From positions 100,070,001 through 100,134,000 of the forward strand of contig NC_045697.1 in NCBI RefSeq assembly GCF_009834535.1: 64,000 nt of DNA, given 5' to 3'. This DNA comes from Camelus ferus. Lineage: Eukaryota. The notes beneath the pieces are model-generated. The model saw nothing but the letters and a program-made list of their open reading frames with translations. It had not been told where the DNA came from and ran no database searches. The translations under genes and the position numbers were made by a program. Below, piece after piece: positions 33,667 through 45,941 of this stretch. Positions within the stretch are counted from its first letter, which is position 1. The number at the start of each line of letters is the position of its first letter.

Positions 33667-36600
33667 TGGATGTTACTGTTTGTTTCTACTGTGCAGGACT
33701 GTTAGGAAGACAGAACAAGATAGTATGGGTGAAGTATGCTTTGAGATCTTAGGAAGAATGATCAGTCAATGAATTTATTTCTTTCTGCCAGAAGAGAGCC
33801 AGCCTCAAATCCTTGAAAGATGATATCAAGATTTCTTATACCTTTTGCTTTAATGACAGATGGAGACGAACTATTAAACTAAAAGTTCTTTACAAAATAT
33901 TTTTTTTGCATCATCATTTCAGAGTCCTAAAGACAGAGAACAAGTCACTTTTTAGCATTCAACTTGTGGAACAGTTCAACTAAATCCTTAATAAAACATC
34001 TGAAGCTTAAATAATTTAGTGACATGTAAAACAGAATTAGTTCTAAAATATTTAGATGGACTGGAGCTATTCTTGGGTGATGATCACTAATTTCCTTTGA
34101 AATTATGTGACAGATACACGGATGGATTCACATGGAGTGTGGCCCACCCGGAAATGGGGGCCAGTGAGACGGGCTTTCTTCCTTAGTCTGAGAGCAACAA
34201 CTCGGAAAGTGCTGCTTCTGCCTCAGCGCCTGCACTTGTGAAACAGAGACGGTGTCATGTTGTTGTATACTGCCTCCCCGAGAAGAGAAAATGAGATGAC
34301 ATGTGTGGTACTTACTATATTACAAAAAGCATTATGAACGTGCAAAAGACACGTGTAGACTTGCGATTAAACATCAAACTGTGTATTCACATACAGGTAA
34401 ATACATAAATACAGACATGCAAACACCGACATCACTCTCTACTGAAGAAACACAGTGCCTTTTTCTAAGCGTTGTTTGCCCACCGTCTAGCATTAATACT
34501 AAAAACAGAATACAAAAGGGTTGCTCTGCATGGTATTTTTGTTTACGTGACATGCCGTCTGCCTGTTGAGGGCATCAACCACAGCTGTTACTGTTAAATC
34601 CACGCTCAGGGCTGCAGAAGGACCAAGTGACTACTGCTTAAGAGCTTTCCGTGAGCAGGAGGCCATGATGGTCTGAGTGCAGGGTCCACTGAGCACGGGG
34701 ACCCTAGAATGAATCTGAGCTGGGGTTGTGCTGCTGTTCTGGCCACCTACACCCACCTGTCTTCCCTCCCATCATTTTATGTGAAGGTAAGATCTGACGT
34801 GTCAGAGACTGAGAAGATGCTGCAGTCTCACAGCGACCCTCTACGGTCCCAGAGGACGCGCAGTGGGGGAGAGCAAGGACAGCCTTCCTCGTGAGGATGG
34901 CTCAGCGGTGCTGGAGGGAGAAGGGTATCAGGAAGGGCTTGTGAGTGAGGATGCAAGGTCTTGCCTGAGCCTTTCCTGGTGAGACTCAGAAGAACACCAA
35001 GAGAGGGATTCTGACTTGAATTATGGAGTCATGGAACTGGAAAGGGGCTTAGAAAGGAATAGCTGGTACCAGTGCTGCATCTGACAATTGAGGAAATGAA
35101 AGTGCAGAGAGAGGGTAAGTGACTGGCCCAAGATCACACAGCTCATTGGAGGCCAAATCAGACCTAATGCCTCAATTTTTTGTTTCTGGCTAATGGTGCT
35201 TCCTCTGTATCATCTTACCTCAAGTTGCTCCAGTGATGTTCTGGGAGTTACAGTTTTTTTTTTTTTTTTCCTGAACCACTGAAGTATTTTGACTTATGGA
35301 ACCCTGACTTTCTGAACTTTCAGAGTCATTCTTATGTTATCCAAAGGGCATGTTTAACTGTTCCTGCTTTCTTAATCTCTGAGTGATGGAACTCCCCCGT
35401 GACATGCTTCAGAATGGAAATGCAAAGAGAAACATTATCTTATTTGCATTCGATGCTGTTCAAACATTGAAAAAGAGCTGACCTGCCAATCATGTTTCCT
35501 GCCATCGGCTGCCACTTCCCTGCTGAAATCTAGGTTCAGCATATCAATATCTGGTAAAGCGCAGGTCTGCTCAACAGCCCTTTCCCCAGCTCACTTTTGG
35601 AACGGCTGCTGGGCCTCGAAACTTTTCAAAAGCGAGACAGCACAGGGAGGAACTGATCAAACTGGAGGTGGTGCTCTCAGTGAGTCACTCAGAACATGAG
35701 ACAATCTCCTAGTGATGGATGGATTTAGTCTGCTGGCTGGGCTACTTCATTTGAGGAAGACAAGTTTCTTCTGAGTGGATGGTGTGTGTCATGCCCAGGC
35801 TGAGTGTGCCACAGGCAATATATCTGTGGTCTAAATTGATTAATTCTCTCATAGGCAGATCCTTAGGACTCCCTTATCAAAGGCATCAGACCCACAAGAC
35901 AGGAAAACTCTAGGTCTGGTCCTGACGGGGCTTTCGTAGGTTGGCAAGTGTTTTTAACCGAGGAGGAATGTCATCGCAAAAAAACCCAGTGGCTCGTGGA
36001 TTGGCTTGTTGCCACCTGGGACACTTGCTGAGGAAGGCATGTGCTGATCACATAGATCTTTGCTTTTCAGAACAGCTGTTCGTCTCTTGATGCCATCATT
36101 GAGCTAGTGAGTGGAAGGCTTCGAAACAAAGAGAGGAAGTTCCTCCAGGGACCTGGCACCTCACGAGATAACGCAGATGATCGTGGAGAGCAGTATCACC
36201 ATTTGCAAATGCTTTGTTGTGTATAGAAGTAATTCACCATGGCTAAAATATTTCCTGAAGGGCGGCCGACAATGGGGTTTAAAATCCTAAATGGTTGGCT
36301 GATTCTATTGTCTGCCACAATGGAATATGCTCACAAATCAGAGCTATCATTTTTCCAGGGCTAATGTGAATCTTATGGGCACCAAGGGAGAGCCTTCTCA
36401 TTGCTAGTTCCAGCCAGCATGCTTAGCCACAGCCAAGGGGAGCTACTTGGCCAGTTCAGGCTTTGATGCAAGTCAGAAAACTGCACAGACGTGGCTACTC
36501 ATTCTTGTCCTTTCTCATCAACACCGCAATGCTTTCTCTAGAGGTGTGTATTTCTGGATGCACCAGTGTATTTTGCAGTCACGTTAAAACACGGATATTG

Positions 36601-39479
36601 CTGCTTTGCAAATGGAGCAAAGTGTAGTTGTACATTAGAAACAGAAATGGGATGTTAATGCCAACCTTCCTGTTTCCCCTCCACTGCCTTGACCCCGAGG
36701 TTCAAAACCGGGTTCCCTGGACAAGTCTTGAATACACACACTCCCTCTCATGTTTCCCAGTTCAGGTTGCGGTCAGGGCAGCAAGCCTAGGGGCATTTAA
36801 AACTTCTGAATGTAGATGTTCTGAATGCTTCCTCGATGGCTCCCTAAATAATAAACACAGAACTTAAAATATACAAGAACGAATGTCATTTCTGGCCTAA
36901 TTTGAAGAGAATGTGTCTTTAGGAATGAAGACTCTCCAGAGAGGTTTATACCGAGTTCCTCAAGGAAGAGAAAGCGACTCATTCCAGAAAGTACACACAA
37001 GTCTCTGAACAAACTCTCTGGTAGTGCTTTTCCAATAATGAGTGTGTAGTATGTGTCCCTGGAGAGCCCCTGCTGATTGCACTGATAGCTGTTCACGACC
37101 TTTTGCTGAAAATGACTTTTTTTCTGGGCTGTAGTTTCAGCTGTGCTTTAATAATTATTTTTGTCTTATGAGCGCATTTTGAAGAGTGTGAGCATATTTT
37201 TGTTCCCAAAAGGTTGACTTAAATTCAGGTTTGCGGAAAAGGGACTGTAGTTTAGTGGCCATGTCAGCCAAGAAATTGTCCTCTGGTGAAAATCATCAAG
37301 ACATCCAGGAACTAATTCTTTTGCTCTCAGGGGACTCTTTCCTGACTCAGTTTCTACAGAAGAGCTATGGGTAGCAAAGAAGTGTGAGACCATGAGACAG
37401 CCTCTCCTACCTCCACGCCCCTGTGCTCCCCACCCCAGTGCTGGATGTAGTGGATGTGAGGGTACCTCCTTTATGATTCCAGACCCCATCACCCAGCTTA
37501 AGGCAATAAAAAGGGGAGAGAGGGAGAGAAAGGTGGGGAAATTGGTAATGAGATTGTGGAGAGAGGACTGTCATGCTAAATTCCGTTCCTCTAGAAAAAG
37601 GGGTGGGGAAGGGCTACTACCTCCAAAGCCCATGTCCAGCGAGGGGTTCCTGCAAAGGAAACACCCCCTCCCCTCTCCGTCACCAAGGAGATTCTGAACT
37701 ATGCTCCCTGTGGGTGGGACTCCCAGGGAGAGCTGGCTCAGGCCTTAGAAAAGTTAATGCAGACTGTGGACTTGGGTCTCCTGCCTGCCTGGGGCCTGAA
37801 GAGAGGAGGCCGATGGCCTGCGTGGGGGCAGAGGCTGGAAACAGCTGCTGTCCTGGAAAGAGCCGTCAGGACAGGCGATGCCTGAGTGTCCCAGAGGTGG
37901 CCACGTGGGGAGCGAGCAGGACTGGGCTCAACTTGGGCTCTTCTGGGAGGGGTAAGGGCACCTCAGCAGACAGAGGCTGCAAACGGACTGCTGGATGCGC
38001 AGGGGCTGCAGGAGGCCTCAGTGAGGAAGCCATGAAGGGAGGCCCACCTGTCCTGAGCCACGGGGATGGCAAGGGGAAGGGCCCTGCCGAGGAACAATCC
38101 TTTTGTCTATGTCTGGGACCTAAAGGGACTGCTGGAACTGTTACCTAAGGGTGAGCAGAAAATTCCTCCTGTAATTTTCATCCTGGGGCAGAGGGCTATC
38201 ACACCCACTCAGTACGGTTAGGGCAGAGCAGCAAAAATAAAGATGCATTTTGCATACATCACAGATCATGTTTGTTCAAGACAATAGTTACATGGCACAG
38301 GATCAGAGTGGATAGCAAGTCTCCCAGGGGACACCCACACCAGGTTTCAATTCGACTGGCCGAGTTCTCGCCCATTAGCCTACATAACAACTCACGTGTA
38401 CTGCTTCCTTCTGTGAGGTCTGAAGACCAGGGCTCCCAGCCAAACACATCATGCCACGTGCTCCTCAGGACGTATGGGGGCAGGCCTGGGATACCTTGAT
38501 TCTGCCCATCGCCACATCTCTTTCTAGCTCCCAGCTCTCTCCGCCATCCAACCCCATGGGTTGAAGGCTGATTCCTTCTAGTTTGAGGTGGGACGAGCGG
38601 CAAGCGGGGAATGATCTAGAGGCAGTGCTGGAGGACTTGTGTGATGAGTCAGTGAAGGGAATGGATGCAGGTGTCAACAACTTCCTTGAAAAACAAAGGG
38701 AAGGTTTCAGACCCTCTTGAGAAGATGTGGAATGGTGTGGAATGTTTTTGGAAAGGAGTAATAGAGCCTTCTCCTTTTGTGTCTTTCTCTAGCTCCTGTC
38801 TGGAGTCTCCAAACACACAGGGCTGTTTCTCTAGCTGGGTTCTCCTTTGGTCCTAAGGAACTTTTTTCCCCACTGAAGCCAATCCAAGAAGCCACAGCCT
38901 GGGCTTAGGGAGTCAAAGGGGCAGAGTATGGTTTTGGTGCCATCACACATGCAGGTAAAAATTGACGAGTGACATCTAGGCACGCATGCAAATGACCCCT
39001 TGCACCAGCTGGAGGAGAAACACTGTGTGATGTGGGGCTGCCGTGAGAGGCTAGAAAAGCTGGGATGTCAGAAACATTAAAGATGCGCATACAAGAATGT
39101 CTTTCTCCCAAACGTCAGACTGGCAACCAGTTTGGATTTCCTTTGTGAATGTTTTTCCTTTTTTCCTTCTCCTGGAAGCTGAAGCTGATCCTTTAATGCC
39201 AGATTTTCCCTCTACACTTTTCAGTCTTCACTCTACAGGCAATCTGTTCTATGCGTTTCCCCCTTGAGTGCTGAAATGACTTCTACGTGCATTTCACTGC
39301 CTCTGCACCAAGGCTATTTGCCGGGAAGGGAAGAACAGAGGTAGGGATGAGGATGCGAATTGAAGCTAAACACATTTTTGAACTTTCAGAGAACTTCAGA
39401 AAAATGGAGGAAAAGAGTAAAAAAAATGAAATGAGAACTGTGTTCATTTTCTCCCCTGGTTCATTCTCCTGGATGAACT

Positions 39480-39680
39480 TAGAATTCCAGCTCCACCTGT
39501 CATGAGCTCATGACCTCGGGTCAGTTACTTTAATCTCTCCGTGCTGCTGTTTCTGCATCAGTCAAATGAGGTTAAAAATAATATTTACCTCATAGGGTTG
39601 CTGTGAGATAACAGATGTAAACAGTTAAAAGGGTGCCTGGGCCATAGTGGGCGCTGTGTACTTGTTAGCTACTGTTATTT
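39480..39680 (+). mobile_element. MIR SINE
   Basis: tccagctccacc...tgacctcgggtcagttactttaatctctccgtgctgctgtttctgcatcagtcaaatgagg...tacctcatagggttgctgtgaga. Confidence 0.82.
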
Positions 39681-40105
39681 TTTCATTTTCTAGTAGTTTC
39701 TTGGGTTTGTAGATGTGAGGTAGGAAAGGATAATGTAGAAAACAGTCAGGTCCAATGTCTAGTGGGTTATTTGTGATTTGTAGCAAGACTGGATCCCAAC
39801 TATACTTCCTTTTCTAGCTGCGTTTTTTTTTCAATAGTGTTAGGAAGTTGGTTACAGTGATGTTGATAAGAACTTGAATCTTTTCACTCATTTATTCATG
39901 CATCAGTGTTTGTTCACTTATGGACTATTTATTTGAGTTAGGGCACTAGGCAATTTACAAACCTGTATAGAGCAGATAATTTTCCCCTTAAGGAATCTAC
40001 AGCCATTTGGTTAGTGGTATAAACCATTAACATCTAATCAAAATGACCATGTTTGGAATAGTGTGTAAAATCCCAAGAAATAAAACTAATCAGAAATCAA
40101 CAGTC

Positions 40106-40445
40106 TCAAATATTGTATGATATCACTCATATGTGAAGCCTAAAACTGATACAAATGAACTTATTTACAAAACAGAAATAGACTCAGACACACAAAACAA
40201 ACTTATGGTTACCAAAGTCGGGGGAGGGATAAACTGGAAATCTGGGATTAACAGATACACATTACTATATATAAAATAGACAAACAACAAGGACCTACTG
40301 TACAGCACAGGGGAATGTATTCCATATCTTGTAATAACTGTAACGGAAAAAAAATCTGAAAAATTTGTGCGTATAACTGAATCACTTTTCTATATATCTG
40401 AAACATTGTAAATCAACTATACTTCAATAAAAAAAAAAAGAAAGA
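40106..40445 (+). mobile_element. 5'-truncated L1 3' end
   Basis: caaatattgtatgatatcactcatatgtg...tgtaaatcaactatacttcaataaaaaaaaaaa; same family as 14404-15116. Confidence 0.9.
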
Positions 40446-41272
40446 AATGGTCTAAGAAAAGTATTTGGGAAAAATTCAGTTTCTGTACTCAGAGACGGAT
40501 TGGTATCTTCAGCCGTACTGATACACGGCATCAGTCTTCAGACTGCAGACGCAGCCTCATGCCTTCATCTTTACGAAGACCATCCTTTGAAATTACCTAG
40601 CATTTTTCCTTCTGTTGTGAACAAAAGCTCCCCGCTTCAAGCTTAATTGAGTCCTTTCACCTCACGCTGTTCGGTAAACATCTACTGAATCCCTGCTAGG
40701 AACCTAAACACTCTGAGTCTATTTTAGCAAAAACCATTTGGGATTATAAATTATATGAATACAGACCTTAATTTCCCATTTCATTTTTGGATGTGTTTTA
40801 ACCCATAAACTATGCCTTTTCATTTGTCATCTGGGCTTTACTGAGATGGGTGAAGTACGTAGCTACTTTTCAGAATAAGGATGCTAACAGATGACACATT
40901 TTCCCTTGAAAATTAAATAATTATTTTATTGCAAGAAATATGACCCTTTTAATTTGGTTCTTTTTATGGGCTCAAAAAAAGGCTCATGCCTTAAATGTTT
41001 CTGAACTGCTAGCAAAATTTTATCAGGCTTTTAAAAATAACTTCACTTAGGCCACGATGGTGATATACCTGACGGTAATTGAAGATGTCCAATAAAAGGA
41101 AAAATTATGGAACAATCTTGTTCTCAGAAAAGAGAACTTAATTGTTTGACTTGAGTCAGCCACTTATTCCTCTGGGCCACAACTTTCTCATGGTGAAAAT
41201 AAGAAGTTTATCACTGTGAAGATTAAATGACCTTTAAGGTTCTTATATCTGTAAATTATGAGGATTCTAAAT

Positions 41273-41542
41273 CTGTGTTCTCCAATATGATAGCCACTGG
41301 CCCCACATGGCTTCTGAGCACTTGAAATGGGGCTAGTCTAAACTGAGATGTGCTCAAAGCATAGAATACACACCAGATTTTGAAGAGTTGGTATCAAAAA
41401 AGAAGGTGAAATATTTTAGATATATTAGGTTAAATAAAATATATTATTAAAATGAACTTGAACAACTTATTATTTTTATTTTAGTGTGACTATTGAAAAT
41501 CTAAAATTGCTTTTGCGGCTTACATTATATTGTACAGTACCA
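41273..41542 (-). mobile_element. MER33-like hAT-Charlie MITE
   Basis: ctgtgttctccaatatgatagccactgg...tgagcacttgaaatggggctagtc...tgagatgtgct...ggttaaataaaatatattattaaaat. Confidence 0.82.
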
Positions 41543-42907
41543 CTCCAGACCTTCAAAACAAATGAATCAAAATCTCTCTTTAAGGATTTTTTTAATGTTT
41601 AATGGTCAATGTTTCAATATCGAGGTCCTTATGCCTCTAAAAGTCTACCTAAAACTCATGTCCATCCCAAACTAATAAACCCTGCAAGGGCAGATATTTA
41701 CCACCTAGTTCCTCTTGAAGTTACTCTCTGTCAAGGTCCTGTGGAAGTTCTAACTTTTAGTGGTTACAACACTGAACGTTCACCCCTATGGTTATTGTCT
41801 CAACCATATCAGAAAAGATGATCAAAATGTTAGGAGTGATTATTTCTGGGTAGTGGGGTACTGAGTGATTTCTACATTTAAAAAAATTCTTTTCTTCATC
41901 TTTCAGTCTTTCAACATTGAGGACTGTCATGTTTCTTCATCAGAAAAATGTATCTTTAAATTTCAGTGTGAATAATTTTTTGTATTATATAAAAATTACA
42001 AATATGTAAAAAAAAGAAAAAGAGGCTAACGTAAAAGGAACTATCCCAATACGCTTTCATCTGCTTTTCTACGTTTCCAAATTTTCTATAGTGAACAGGT
42101 TACTTCTATCAAGGGAAAAAATACACCTCATTTAAAAACTGTAATATCCATCTACCCTTTTAACCTGAACCTAAGTTCATTTGCATGCTGATTCTCTTAG
42201 AACTCCTGAAGCTTTCATCTCTCCCGTGTTAGTCTGTGGAGTAAATACTTTAGGTTTTAGCTTCAGTTGTTTGCTAACATAGCTATTTTAATATTTTGTA
42301 AATACCAGCAAATGGAACAGCACTTACTTCAAGTCTATGCCAGAGATGGGGAAGAAACCCCAAAGACATTTTAATATGTCACTGTGTACAGGGGTTTAGA
42401 TCGCACTGCAGGATCGCCCATCTAAAGGGATGCCAGTTGCACCCGAGTCCTGTAGCAACAGGGGCGAGCACCGTCTTGCATGCGGTCCAGACCAGCCTAG
42501 AGAGCCACGTGCATACTCGGGAAGGCTCAAGCATGTGCACACACACACACACAAGCACACGAGTGACTGGGGTTGTGCCCTATCCCAGCCCCACTGCACA
42601 TCCCCTGAAGTTGCTTTTCCCACCTGCCTCCACTCTCAGAGGCCAGAGCCACTACCCAGCCTGCTTCGGGTACCACGGGATGTGTGCAGTGCCGTGGTAT
42701 TGCTGTGTGGGCTAGGTCTGCTGTCTGCCCTGCTGGCTCTGGAGTGAGCTGGGCTTCTCAAGGTCTGTCAGGTATGATTGTTTAGCCTGGCAACGTTATA
42801 CTCCTTTATTTATTTATTTCTTCTAGAGGAAAAGTGTCTTTTCCCAGTTCCCATGAGGCAACATCCCTTTGGAAGATGGCGCTTGAATATGGCAAGGCGG
42901 AACTTAC

Positions 42908-43118
42908 TGTTGGTAGTAAAGATGATTTCTCCCTCCTGCGGGGTGGCATCTGTATCCTGGACCACCTGCAAGGCTCCCACAGTCCGGACAGCAGGGTCCA
43001 AAGTGACCGAACTTTCGTTTACGGTCGTGTCGCTTGCGCCTGTGATCTGGTTGGTTGGCGGACCTCCCAGAGATCCCTCGAAGTCGGTGGGCAAGTCGTC
43101 CAGGCAGTCGGCATTGGG
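42908..43118 (-). CDS. RNF150: RNF150 penultimate coding exon (211 nt): PNADCLDDLPTDFEGSLGGPPTNQITGASDTTVNESSVTLDPAVRTVGALQVVQDTDATPQEGEIIFTTN
   Basis: Acceptor ttttgtgctcctgtcag|CCC, donor AACA|gtaagt. The phase 0 start joins the previous exon in frame; length is 70 codons + 1 nt. The peptide matches the recalled RNF150 post-RING region. Confidence 0.95.
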
Positions 43119-44887
43119 CTGACAGGAGCACAAAAGGACCTGTTCTTAGTGTATGTCATCAAGTGAGAGATGAGATGCTACAGCATAGATATTTTGTCCC
43201 GAAGGAAAACCAAGTTCTTTACTGTTTTCTTCCTGAACCACTTTACTTAAAGACATTTCACATATAGTTCCTGTCATTAACATGAAAACATCTTCCCAAA
43301 TTTTCTTTCCAAAGGTTCCATTTAGATCTAGATACAAGGTTTTAATTCCAGGAGTAGCAATACCCATACATTACTATAGTTATGTAGGGGGAATAACATT
43401 TATTTATAATGATAGCTCCTCCTTATCAATATCAATATCAATCAACATGCAGTTGATCATACATTTGTTAAACCCTCTAAATTAAAATCTTGCAATCACA
43501 AAACTAGGGTGTCTAATTACCCACCCACTATAGGACTCTTCCCTTCAAATATTTGTCATGCCTTCACTCGAACAATAAAGAAATGGGCAGGGGCGGCGGG
43601 GTTGTGGCGGGGGTGGTGTGCTCTCTGCTTTGCAAGGCAGGCTGTGCCAGCCAGCTTTGTTAGATTATTCTCTTACAAGGTGACTTTGAAATTTTACTCT
43701 TTGGTCTTAGTGCTGCTGTTGGAAGTGGCATTGAAGATATTGATATCTCTTCCACAAGCAGCTTTTAAAAAATGATTTTCAGTTGTTCTGCCTTTACCAG
43801 AACTCAAAAAAAGTTATTTTAAAAAGGTGGTGGTGGAGAGATACGGTCTTGAGAAGTATTAAGAATAGCTATTAACCAATTTTTTTTTTGCTCCAGTCTG
43901 AACAGCAACATGGCCCTGAGTGATGACAGTGACACAGTTCTGTACTCCCAAAGGAGGCAGGTCAGGGTGGGCAGGATTAGGCGAGGAGAGTTCTGGGTTG
44001 ATATTTATTGAATTAACAGCACAATGACTACATTGTGTTCGAAGCTGATTAAAAGATAAAATCTACAATTCCTGGGCTCGTTGGGAGCACAAGGCAAGAA
44101 ATTCAAACCGCTGGACTCCTGTCCTAGATTTCCCCTCTTAAATCAGTCTCCTGAGTCCACATCTGTGTTTCCCACAGTCAGTTGGAAGTCTCTCCATCAT
44201 CCCACAAAAACCTCAAATTCAGCTCATGCCCTCTTCCCCCGTATTCTCTTTTCTCTCTGCCTTCTCTGTCTCTATTAGCAGTGAGCCAATTCATGGAAAT
44301 CTGAGCTGTCAAAAGTCAACTCACTGAAGGACTGATCCACCAAATTTACCGATTGAGATACTGGACATGGGCAAGTAGGTTTTGAACATTTCCCACCCTC
44401 CTTCCAGTCTCCTAATCTCCCCTGGTTTTTAACCCAGGATACTCCATTCTCCACTTTCTCATCAGAGCACTCTTTTTAAAAAACACATGTATGATTCTTT
44501 TTTTTTTCTCCTAAAGAATGAATTATAAGCTCTGTAGTACAGAAAAACAGGCACTGGACAGTCTAACCCCAGCCTCCTTTTCTGGCCCTCCCTTCAGCCT
44601 TTGGAAGCACACAGAATCCACCATCTATGCCCTATCTCAGTGCTTTAGTGTATGCTGTTCCTCTATTTGGGATGACATCTTCCCCTTCCCCTCTCCTATC
44701 CCAAGGTCTCAAATCAACCCTGGTGAACTCCTCATCAGCCCTCAATTCCCAGGCCAAATGTCCCTTTTCTAAGTGGTGCTCCCTCCCAGGCAGTCATCTT
44801 TGACACTGTAACTCTTTTCACACTCTCCCACTCCGTTATGGTCATCTGTTACTGTGTTTGTCTCCCTTTACTAGTCCACAAGCTTTT

Positions 44888-45251
44888 TTTTTTTAATCCT
44901 AGTTTTAATGAGATAATGTAATTGGCATGGAATATTGTATTACTTTAAGGTGTACACCATAATGATTTGATATATGTATATAGTACAAAGTGATCACCAC
45001 AATAAATTTAGTTATTAGTTACAAAAGTTCTATTCTTGTGATGAGAACTTTTAAGACCTACTCTCTTAGCAACTTTCAAATATACAATACAGTTTTAACT
45101 ATAGTAACTATGTTGTACATTAAATCCCCAGGACTTACTTATTTTATAACTGGGAGTTTATGCCTTTTGACCTCCTTCACCCATTTCACCTACCCCCAAT
45201 CCCCTGCAATTACCAATCACTTTTCTGTTTCTATTCCACATACAAGTGAGA
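44888..45251 (-). mobile_element. L1 (L1MA9-like) 3' end inserted in an L2 fragment
   Basis: gatgagaacttttaagacctactctcttagcaactttcaaatatacaatacag. Flanked by acaagctttt on both sides. Confidence 0.85.
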
Positions 45252-45495
45252 AACAAGCTTTTTAAAGTGAACAAGCTTTTTAAAGTATATCGATCTTGAA
45301 CTGCAAGCCCTCACATAGTGCCTGACAATTACTAAGTGCTCAGTAAATGTCGATTTGAAAATTTTATGAGTCTCAGTTTACTGCTCTGAAAACGTGGGAA
45401 AGTTAGTATCTACCCAGATCCTAGATCAATTAAGGGTAGAGTTGAGGGAATACTTTAAAAACTCAATTTCTGTGCAGGGGTAAGGCATGCCACTG

Positions 45496-45941
45496 TGGGG
45501 CAGAAAATACCACCCTAAAATATGCTAGGTTGGCATAAGGATTGGTAGTTGAAACAGTTGAGAAGTTGGTAAAGAAATGCTCTCCGCCCTTCCTCTATTT
45601 GCCTAAAAGCAGGAAATAAATGTGTAAGGCTGTCCCCTTCTCTGTGCCAGGAAGGGAAGGACATTCTTATCACCAGCGACCCGGAGTTGATGCCAAAATG
45701 GAACATACAACAAACCTGACTAACGTGCCCTTATCTGCCACTGCTTTCCCTCATGCATTTACCTTCCACCCCTTTGAGTCACTTATCACCAAGCGCTCCT
45801 ATGTGTATGCACGACGCATGTGTTAATAAACGTGTGCTTGATTTTCTCTTGTTAATCTGTCTGGTAGGAGTTTAATTTACAGGGCCCAGCTGGAGAACCT
45901 GGGAAGGTGGAAGGAAAAATAATTTCCTTCGCTCTCCTACA
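45496..45941 (+). mobile_element. ERV1-class solo LTR (MER34-like)
   Basis: TG...CA ends, ccaccctaaaatatg near the 5' end, and AATAAA then ttaatctgtct...ctcctaca at the 3' end. A 4-bp ACTG flanks both sides. An alternative start near 45473 is possible. Confidence 0.75.

Larger units (their letters stand above)
7248..42907 (-). other. RNF150: RNF150 last intron (35,660 nt, GT-AG, phase 1)
   Basis: Bounded by the donor at 42907-42906 and the acceptor at 7249-7248. Confidence 0.9.

Noticed and set aside
37573..38148. 191-aa plus-strand ORF
   Set aside because: GC-rich, stop-poor region with G/A/C/S-biased composition, no recognisable domain and no exon support.
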